Shown: positions 7,827-14,872 of the stretch, piece after piece
Layout of the letters: each line of letters begins with the position of its first letter
Numbering within the stretch: the stretch's first letter is position 1
DNA from: a bacterium
GTDB lineage: Bacteria > Zhuqueibacterota > Zhuqueibacteria > Oceanimicrobiales > Oceanimicrobiaceae
Reading direction: 5' to 3'
DNA: 28,933 nt
NCBI GenBank assembly: GCA_046757525.1
Contig: JBHHYI010000036.1
Span: 1-28,933, forward strand
Notes under the pieces: generated by a model
What the model was told of the DNA's origin: nothing
Databases searched by the model: none
What the model saw: the letters and a program-made list of their open reading frames with translations, nothing else
Made by a program: the position numbers and the translations under genes

Positions 7827-8971
7827 TTCTGTGCCGCCTGGTCGATTAGAATTCGCGCCTTGATCCTTGCCAGTTTTCCGGGCCCTAAGCCAGGCACCTT
7901 GAGCAGATCTTCCATCTTGAAAAAGGGGCCATTTTGTTCGCGGTAACCGATGATCCGTTGCGCTAACTTCTGACCGATGCCGGGCAGCGACATCAGGTCT
8001 GCTACGGTGGCTGAATTGACGGCAATTTTTGGTTCTGGGTTTCGGTCGCGGGCAAGGACTTCTTTTTGGTTCATCCGATTTCGGCCTCCTGTCTCTTGCG
8101 CGATGTTGCTTGCCTCGGGAAGTTCATTTCGTTTTTTCCCGGCCAACCGGATGGAGAGTGAAACCTGGTGCGTGACCCCCAAATCAGTGTGGGTGAAAAA
8201 GGCGTAATCGACGCTTACCCGCTTCGCTTGAATGCCGAAACCGGCGGAGAAGCGACTGGGACGGTCCGCGGTGCCTGCACGTAAGGCCAGGGCTTCCGTG
8301 GGTTTGATTTCTGCGCCAAATCTGATTTCCTGGGAAAAGCGAACATCCTTGACAACGTCCAGGTTCAAGATGAGCCTGGGGTCCGGTTGAACCGAAAGGC
8401 CAAAATTAAAAACTTGCGGCAACTTCTCTTCGGATGCTCCCATGGCTGGCCGATTCAAATTGTGCACGGAAAAGCCCCAGTGCAGCCATTCGCTTAGCGT
8501 TGCTACAAAACCGAGGTCTAAGCCCACGGTTCCAGCCGAACCGTAGCGATCGATTTGAACCGCCTGGTAATCTAAACCGATGCCGTAAAAGAATCTTTGC
8601 CGATAAGAATGGCTATAAGCCAGCCTGAGCGTGTGTTCCCGGTAATGGTCATTGCCAAAGGTAGAGAAGGCCATGCCAACACGCTGTCCCCACACCGGAA
8701 AAGAGAGCGCCGCTGTACCAAAAGCTAATTCATTGAGGCCGAAAGGCTTCTGGTAAAACAAGGTTAAATCAACGCCCCGGATTTGGGCCAGACCGCCAGG
8801 ATTTGAGAACACCGCATCTGCGGTATTCGCCAGCGCCACATAGGTAGCCCCCATGGCCAGGGAGCGCGCCCCTACGGGCAGATCGTCCAGGCCTGCCCGT
8901 GCATCCAGGCAGAGAAATAAAAGAAACCAAACGGCAACACCGATCATAGAATAAAATGAGTGCAATCTCAT
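7823..8971 (-). CDS. PorV/PorQ(FadL)-type beta-barrel fused to a C-terminal ComEA HhH domain
   Basis: Signal peptide; GARSLAMG...AVFSNPGGLA N-terminal hatch motif; barrel ending LGVTHQVSLSIRL; linker; VNSAT..DLMSLPGIGQKLAQRIIGYREQNGPF..EDLLKVPGLG; AAGGAGG ribosome-binding site; 4-nt overlap with the next gene. Confidence 0.82.
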   Translation of the reverse strand: MRLHSFYSMIGVAVWFLLFLCLDARAGLDDLPVGARSLAMGATYVALANTADAVFSNPGGLAQIRGVDLTLFYQKPFGLNELAFGTAALSFPVWGQRVGMAFSTFGNDHYREHTLRLAYSHSYRQRFFYGIGLDYQAVQIDRYGSAGTVGLDLGFVATLSEWLHWGFSVHNLNRPAMGASEEKLPQVFNFGLSVQPDPRLILNLDVVKDVRFSQEIRFGAEIKPTEALALRAGTADRPSRFSAGFGIQAKRVSVDYAFFTHTDLGVTHQVSLSIRLAGKKRNELPEASNIAQETGGRNRMNQKEVLARDRNPEPKIAVNSATVADLMSLPGIGQKLAQRIIGYREQNGPFFKMEDLLKVPGLGPGKLARIKARILIDQAAQK

Positions 8972-9009
8972 GAACTAATTAGGCCTCCTTAACCTTGCAA
9001 ATAAATTGC

Positions 9010-9039
9010 TTGACAAGCACTGATTCATTTCCCTATATT
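9010..9039 (+). promoter_or_regulatory. sigma70-type promoter for the DUF4835-like gene
   Basis: TTGACA (9010-9015), 18-nt spacer, TATATT (9034-9039). Confidence 0.55.
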
Positions 9040-9111
9040 TTTAAAGCAAACCGTTGCGCCCTTTATTTCGATTTAGATCAAACATCATATAATACCCGGG
9101 AGGAATAAACC

Positions 9112-10017
9112 GTGAGAGCCGTTAAAGACATCCGCTCATTTAGCAAACGTACCGAACAGCATTTGAGAATAGCAGTCATGTTTGGTCTTGTGTTGTCAGC
9201 GGTGGTTTACCTGCCGGTGGAAGCTGTTGCTCAAATAAAAGTCCAGGTGCACAGCATCATCGACAAATTGCCCTTGGACGATCAGGAAAAAATGCGCGAT
9301 TTTCACCAGGTCATCCAAAGTTATATCGAAAATGTCCAATGGTTCGAAGAAGACGATTCGTTGCCTGTCGATATTACCGTGCAGATGTTTTTGAAGGACA
9401 TCCCTTCCAACGTTGAAGACCGTTACAAATGTGAGTTTCTCATTTCCAGTTCCGACGTGCAATATTTCGACCGGCGTGTGCGTTTCGCCTACACGCCTGG
9501 CGACCAGCTCACCCACAACGAACAAAATATCGGGCCTCTGACGGGTATCATAGACTTTTATATGAATATGATCTTGGGCAGCGAATTTGACAAAGTTAAT
9601 AGCTTTGGGGGAGACGTGTATTACAAAAGAGCTCTTAGTATTGCTTCTTTGGGGAAATTCATTCGCACCGAATTCATCTACGGCTGGACTGAGCGTGAGG
9701 AGCTTATCAAGAAAATATTTCAGGAACCGTTTACCACCTTTCGTAAGATGAAAGATTATTATTTCTACGGACTCTACGTGAAAGACGAAAACCTTGCCGA
9801 AACCAGAGACTATTTAAAACAAGCCTTAGACATGATCGAAACGGTCATTCAAAAAAAGAAACAATACGATGAGCCCAAACAATTCTTAAACGCCCATTAC
9901 TTAGAATATATTAATATCTTTAAGGATGATAAAGATAAAAAAGAAGTTTTTAAAAAGTTAAAGGAATTAGATCCGGATCACAAGGAGCTGTACGAGGAGC
10001 AGATCAGCGATTCATAA
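9112..10017 (+). CDS. DUF4835 family protein (PorD-like, T9SS-associated in Bacteroidota)
   Basis: GGGAGG site before GTG; signal peptide ..AVA-Q; YFDRRVRFAYTPG, IIDFY..MILG..FD....GGDVYY..A..I pattern; helical C-terminus. Confidence 0.7.
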   Translation: MRAVKDIRSFSKRTEQHLRIAVMFGLVLSAVVYLPVEAVAQIKVQVHSIIDKLPLDDQEKMRDFHQVIQSYIENVQWFEEDDSLPVDITVQMFLKDIPSNVEDRYKCEFLISSSDVQYFDRRVRFAYTPGDQLTHNEQNIGPLTGIIDFYMNMILGSEFDKVNSFGGDVYYKRALSIASLGKFIRTEFIYGWTEREELIKKIFQEPFTTFRKMKDYYFYGLYVKDENLAETRDYLKQALDMIETVIQKKKQYDEPKQFLNAHYLEYINIFKDDKDKKEVFKKLKELDPDHKELYEEQISDS

Positions 10018-10160
10018 CGCGTGGAATAAAGTTAACAAAATCCGTTCAATTAGTCAAGTCATTTTTTGCCTCTCCACGCCGTTTCTATGTACAACTTTTG
10101 CGTGCTGTGCATCATGGTGGTCAAAAAAAGGATAAATTTGCCTCATTTTGGAGAAGTCAC

Positions 10161-10189
10161 TTGACAATTAGGAATTAATTGCTTATAAT
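10161..10189 (+). promoter_or_regulatory. perfect-consensus sigma70 promoter upstream of bEBP1
   Basis: TTGACA (10161-10166), 17-nt spacer, TATAAT (10184-10189). Confidence 0.85.
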
Positions 10190-10464
10190 GTAGGTAGTTA
10201 AGTTATTAAGAAGATTTATTAAAAAGGGTATATTGTCTCTGTTGTTATCAGGTTTCGATACTCCTGCCGATCTATTCTAAAGCGATTCCGGACACGAGTT
10301 GTAAGGGGAATTTTCCAGCATTTTGCAGCTTTTTGTTCAGGAAAGCACGGGGATGCCTTCCATTAACAGCAGCTTGTGATTTGTTCAAGAGTATTTGTCT
10401 CCCATAACATATCGTTGCCTACAAAAGTAGGAGCACTAACTTTTGTCTGACGTCGAGGGATACC

Positions 10465-11853
10465 ATGCACAACACTTGCAAGTTATTGCTCGTTGATGAT
10501 GATCTCCGTAACCTTAGGCATTTGACGCGCACTATTGAGCGTCTGGGCATCGCTTCTTGTATCAGCATGGCCAATAGCCATGACGCATTGAAGCAGCTTG
10601 CTTTGAAAAAGCCGCATATTGTGTTTATAAGATCAGTCATGCCCGAAAAAGACGGTCTCACGTTGCTCCGAGAAATCAAGGAAATTAATGCCAATGTCGT
10701 TGTCATTGTTTTTGCGACGAATGGCACGGTGAAACAGGCAACGGAAGCCATGAGAGCTGGAGCTCATGACTTTGTCGAGCTGCCTTGTTCCAAAGAAGAC
10801 ATTAAAGCTTCGATAGAAAGTGCATTGAAGCATACCCCACTCATTGATCAAAGTTATGAAGCTATGAACAATAACAACTTTATTCGCGGGGAAATTATTG
10901 GCCAAAGTGCTAAAATGCTTGAAATTTTCAAGAATATAAAAAAAATCGCGCCCTCAGATGCCAATGTCATGATTTATGGAGGCAGCGGCACCGGCAAGGA
11001 GTTGATTGCTAAAAGCCTCCACGCAAACAGCCGACGGAATGCCAAATCTTTCATCCCCGTTGACTGCGTTGCTTTGCCAGAGAATCTATTAGAAAGTGAA
11101 CTATTTGGTTATGAGAAGGGAGCCTTTACTGGCGCTGAATCGATGCGTAGAGGCCTCTTAGAATATGCGGATCACGGTACCCTGTTTTTAGATGAAATAT
11201 GTGAGTTGTCATCCAATTTACAAGCGAAGCTTCTCAGAGTATTGCAGGAAAGAGAATTTCGCAGAGTTGGCGGCAAGGAACTGATTCAGGTTGACTTGAG
11301 AATTATTTGCGCCACGAATAGGGATCCGGAGGTGGCCGTTCAAACGCACTCTATGCGTGAGGATTTGTACTATCGCCTGAACGTCATCCCAATAAGATTG
11401 CCACTCTTGCAAAAGAGAAAGGATGACATCCCCCTATTGGTCGACTATTTTTTAGAGCATTTCGGTAATTCCTCAGGATCTTCAAAAAAGTCTCTTGAGC
11501 CAAAGGTAATGGAGCTTCTCGTAGAGTACGATTGGCCGGGCAATGTGCGTGAACTGCGAAATCTCATCGAGCGGGTGGTTTCCATGGCCGATGGTGAAAC
11601 GATCCATCTGTCGGACTTGCCGGATCACATCGCTTATCAGCAAAAGCGAAGCAACTTGCAACGATCCCAGTTAACCAGTCTCCCATTCGCCAAAGCAAGA
11701 AATCGCGTGGTCGAGGATTTCGAGAGAGAATATTTTTCAGACGTACTAAAGAAGTTCGAGGGCAACATTTCAAAAGCCGCTGAGTACGCTGCCATCAGCA
11801 GAAGAACCCTGTATCGAATTATCAATACCTACAAGCTGCACAACATGGTTTGA
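10465..11853 (+). CDS. sigma54-dependent enhancer-binding protein (NtrC-like) with degenerate receiver domain (bEBP1)
   Basis: REC-like N-terminus; Walker A GGSGTGKE; ESELFGYEKGAFTGA; Walker B LFLDEI; REDLYYRLNV; WPGNVREL; Fis-type HTH GNISKAA...ISRRTLYR; GAGGG ribosome-binding site. Confidence 0.93.
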   Translation: MHNTCKLLLVDDDLRNLRHLTRTIERLGIASCISMANSHDALKQLALKKPHIVFIRSVMPEKDGLTLLREIKEINANVVVIVFATNGTVKQATEAMRAGAHDFVELPCSKEDIKASIESALKHTPLIDQSYEAMNNNNFIRGEIIGQSAKMLEIFKNIKKIAPSDANVMIYGGSGTGKELIAKSLHANSRRNAKSFIPVDCVALPENLLESELFGYEKGAFTGAESMRRGLLEYADHGTLFLDEICELSSNLQAKLLRVLQEREFRRVGGKELIQVDLRIICATNRDPEVAVQTHSMREDLYYRLNVIPIRLPLLQKRKDDIPLLVDYFLEHFGNSSGSSKKSLEPKVMELLVEYDWPGNVRELRNLIERVVSMADGETIHLSDLPDHIAYQQKRSNLQRSQLTSLPFAKARNRVVEDFEREYFSDVLKKFEGNISKAAEYAAISRRTLYRIINTYKLHNMV

Positions 11854-11881
11854 TTTCTTGATAAGTAGAAATGGTTGAAAT

Positions 11882-11919
11882 TGTGTATTAGTTGTCACAA
11901 TTGTATAAACTTTGTCACA
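11882..11919 (+). promoter_or_regulatory. tandem upstream activator (bEBP-binding) sites
   Basis: TGTGTATTAGTTGTCACA (11882-11899) and TGTATAAACTTTGTCACA (11902-11919): two TGT-N12-ACA boxes at 20-bp period, about 200-240 bp upstream of the -24/-12 element. Confidence 0.7.
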
Positions 11920-11988
11920 GCATCTGTTTTTTAAGGGATTATCTTAAGAGTTTTGTATATTTTTTTTTATATGTGTAGTGAAGGTAAC

Positions 11989-12001
11989 AGTCAACTCTTT
12001 G
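11989..12001 (+). promoter_or_regulatory. possible IHF site
   Basis: AGTCAACTCTTTG has one mismatch to WATCAANNNNTTR, follows an AT tract and lies between the UAS and the sigma54 promoter. Confidence 0.35.
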
Positions 12002-12119
12002 GCTTTGCATGATGTCATGCACACTCCAAATTGTTCAAGAACTCGTTCGACCTTGATTTTATTCGACTTATTATAGGTCGCGTTCGTAAACCTACCTCTC
12101 GTACCGCTTGAGCAAGAAC

Positions 12120-12134
12120 TGGCACGCTTCTTGC
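12120..12134 (+). promoter_or_regulatory. sigma54 (-24/-12) promoter
   Basis: TGGCACGCTTCTTGC is an exact TGGCAC-N5-TTGC consensus in an intergenic region flanked by bEBP genes. Confidence 0.9.
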
Positions 12135-12161
12135 CAATTTTTAACCGTCGTTTCTGCAGTA

Positions 12162-12338
12162 AGACTTAACTTCCAACTGTTATTAATTCTGACTTCTTAG
12201 TGACTTCTGCTGAGTCACCAAAGTCAATACGGCGCCGGAGTTCGCGGTTGATCGCGAACATTTAAGTCTCCTATTACAATTTCATTGGTTGTGTAACATT
12301 GGGCTATTTGATTGGCTAAGTGGGATTCCATCTAGCCA
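12162..12338 (+). ncRNA. candidate structured 5' leader or sRNA
   Basis: Closing stem AGACTTAA/TTAAGTCT encloses two hairpins; a further hairpin TGGCTA/TAGCCA follows. No known family recognised. Confidence 0.35.
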
Positions 12339-12395
12339 GTTCTTCTCGATGGTGCTTCTGACCTGTGTAAGCCGTGAAATTTCACGCTAAGTTCA

Positions 12396-12791
12396 ATGGT
12401 CGTTAAAGGGAAACAAAACGGGACATTGGTTGTATTGGTGGCCAGTACGGATGAGTACTTTAAGGAAAGAGTACTCAAGGTTCTGAACCAAAAAAAGCAT
12501 TTGGTGACCATCGTCAATAGTTGCAGGAAAGCCTTGGAATACATCCTGGAGCGAAAGTTTGATTTGATCATATACGATCCAGACATCAGAGGATTAGATG
12601 GTGCCAATGCAGTTAAGCTGATAAAAAAGATACGGCCAAACACACCACTAATTGTAGCATCTAATGAAAAATCGTCCGAGACCGGCGTTCAAATAGCTGA
12701 ATTGGGAGTTTACTTTCGGTTGGGAAAACCAATTGATGAGAAGATTACGCAGGAATTAGTTCATGCTGTGGAGCAACGAGCAAAAAAATGA
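12396..12791 (+). CDS. single-domain response regulator receiver (REC1); start codon uncertain
   Basis: FDLIIYDPDIRGLDG (phosphoacceptor Asp), PLIVAS, LGKP; acidic pocket altered (VASTDE). Confidence 0.85.
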   Translation: MVVKGKQNGTLVVLVASTDEYFKERVLKVLNQKKHLVTIVNSCRKALEYILERKFDLIIYDPDIRGLDGANAVKLIKKIRPNTPLIVASNEKSSETGVQIAELGVYFRLGKPIDEKITQELVHAVEQRAKK

Positions 12792-12844
12792 TGGTTCCTC
12801 TTGAACTTTATTCCAAGTAGATTCTAAGCAACGACTTCGAACAC

Positions 12845-14341
12845 TTGTATATGCTAGTTCAAACTAACTCAACCTCTGAAACAGAGATATTATTAAAGCA
12901 CATCATAGCAACTTTTAATGCCAACATGTGCTTACTTTGGATCGCTGAAAAAGACCGTTTGCATACTTCTACCTTAAATGGCGGCCACAATGTTGTACAC
13001 ACCAAGTCTTTGGCAAATTTTTTGGCTGGATACTACTATCGATTCATTCGTTTTGGCAGCAATTTAACACCGTATTTGATCGAGGATTTGCACAAGGTTG
13101 AACAGCTTCCTCCAAATCTGTTAAAGTTGGCAGAAATAGAAAACATTACAACTATATTCATCGCGCCGGTGTTCAGCAAAAAGCACGTCAAGGGAACGAT
13201 TATCTTGGGTACGGCAAACGTCGACTATTTCAGAAATATCGATTACGCATTGTTGACTTTGCTGACGGATGCCGCTTTGAATCTGACCAACGCAAAGGAA
13301 AGGGCTTTTCCTTGTCAAGAAGCGATGCGAAATCTCAACAGATTCGGTTCAATTATCGGTCGAAGTCCTCAAATGCAAGAGTTGTACAAAACGATAATCA
13401 AAGTGTCCCGTTCCAGCGCTAATGTCTTCATCTACGGTGAAAGCGGAACAGGGAAGGAACTGGTTGCCAGAACGATACACGCGCAAAGCCAACGCAAAAA
13501 CCAGGCTTTCATTCCTTTGGATTGCGTTGCCTTACCTCGTAGTTTGCTTGAAAGCGAGCTTTTTGGATATGAAAAGGGCGCTTTCACTGGAGCCAACAAT
13601 CTCAAGCGGGGTTTGATTGAATATGCAGACCAGGGAACTATCTTTCTCGATGAAATCACGGAGTTGCACATCGAGTTGCAAGCCAAGTTGTTACGAGTCC
13701 TGCAAGAAATGCAATTTAGGCGAATCGGGGGCAAAGATTTGATTGACATCGATGTTAGGATCATTTCTGCGACCAACTGCGATCCCCAGGAAGCGGTCCT
13801 AAATAGAAAACTGCGCGAAGATCTTTTTTACCGACTCAACGTGATCCCGATCTTTATTCCACCTTTGAGAGAGAGAAAGGAGGATATCCCTCTTTTAGTG
13901 GAACATACCGTAGGAGAATTATGCAAATCGAATGATAGGAAAAGATGCGCAATCTCAGATGAAGCCATAGAATATTTGATGAATTATGGTTGGCCCGGTA
14001 ACATACGTGAACTGAAGAATCTAATAGAGCGACTCCTAACGTTAGCGGACCAAGACACCATTTCAATTAAGGATTTGCCAGCCGAGATGACCACGAATCG
14101 CGTGGTCAATGCTACACCGGAGTACAAGAATGCTGTCATACTGCCTTACAACAAAGCGAAACAACAAAACATTAAGACCTTCGAAAGGCAATACTTCTCA
14201 CGACTTCTCGACAGATACAACGGGAACATTTCAAAAGTCGCAAAGGAGGCCGAAGTCAGCCGCAAAACGATCTACAATATTTTACACAAACATGACCCTG
14301 GCAACAGTCTAATTCTCGGCAAGCCTTTGTATAGCAATTAG
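12845..14341 (+). CDS. sigma54-dependent enhancer-binding protein with N-terminal GAF-like domain (bEBP2)
   Basis: IFIAPVF....VKGTIILG GAF-like strands; GESGTGKE; ESELFGYEKGAFTGA; IFLDEI; WPGNIREL; HTH GNISKVA..AEVSRKTIY. Confidence 0.92.
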   Translation: MYMLVQTNSTSETEILLKHIIATFNANMCLLWIAEKDRLHTSTLNGGHNVVHTKSLANFLAGYYYRFIRFGSNLTPYLIEDLHKVEQLPPNLLKLAEIENITTIFIAPVFSKKHVKGTIILGTANVDYFRNIDYALLTLLTDAALNLTNAKERAFPCQEAMRNLNRFGSIIGRSPQMQELYKTIIKVSRSSANVFIYGESGTGKELVARTIHAQSQRKNQAFIPLDCVALPRSLLESELFGYEKGAFTGANNLKRGLIEYADQGTIFLDEITELHIELQAKLLRVLQEMQFRRIGGKDLIDIDVRIISATNCDPQEAVLNRKLREDLFYRLNVIPIFIPPLRERKEDIPLLVEHTVGELCKSNDRKRCAISDEAIEYLMNYGWPGNIRELKNLIERLLTLADQDTISIKDLPAEMTTNRVVNATPEYKNAVILPYNKAKQQNIKTFERQYFSRLLDRYNGNISKVAKEAEVSRKTIYNILHKHDPGNSLILGKPLYSN

Positions 14342-14442
14342 AAAATGAGTTCAGATGATTTGAATTTCAGTGCAAACGCGAGAATCAAGTTCTGAGAACG
14401 GTAAGCCTTGCTACTTCTTTTATCTAATGTGAAAGCAAAGCA

Positions 14443-14820
14443 TTGATGAGTAAAAGAGTCTTAATAGCATCGGACGATTTGTCAGCGTCCGAATGCATTT
14501 CGGAGCTTCTAAATGAAGAACGTTTCAATCCAGTCTATGCCACCCAGGCAAGTCACGTTTTGCTTAATCTGTTGGATATGGAATTTGATCTACTAATTCT
14601 TGATCTAGATCTTGCGGGGATGAATGGATTGGAAATGCTGCCCATCATAAGACGGGTGCGGCCCAATCTGCCTATCATAGTAATCACGAATGACAACTCA
14701 TTTGAAACAGGACGTTCTATCGCTACGCAAGGGATCTGGTTACATTTGTTGAAACCGATTAACGTCGACAAACTGGAAACATTTTTGAATTACATGCTGA
14801 TGAGAAATTTTAGCAAGTAA
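14443..14820 (+). CDS. single-domain response regulator receiver (REC2)
   Basis: VLIASDD, FDLLILDLDLAGMNG, IIVIT, LLKP; ATG alternative at 14446. Confidence 0.88.
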   Translation: MMSKRVLIASDDLSASECISELLNEERFNPVYATQASHVLLNLLDMEFDLLILDLDLAGMNGLEMLPIIRRVRPNLPIIVITNDNSFETGRSIATQGIWLHLLKPINVDKLETFLNYMLMRNFSK

Positions 14821-14872
14821 TCGTCATAAGACGAAATCAATCTTCAATGATCCAAAGAAACACGAGGTGTGA

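Noticed and set aside
10465..14341. FleQ-type c-di-GMP binding by bEBP1 or bEBP2
   Set aside because: The FleQ determinants as I recall them (LFRS, the R-N pair after Walker A, ExxxR) are not present together: bEBP1 has IAKSLH and bEBP2 has VARTIH.
14397..14413. Additional sigma54 promoters (ACGGTAAGCCTTGCT here; similar near 10343 and on the minus strand near 9046-9062)
   Set aside because: The strict GG-N10-GC spacing is not met in any of them.
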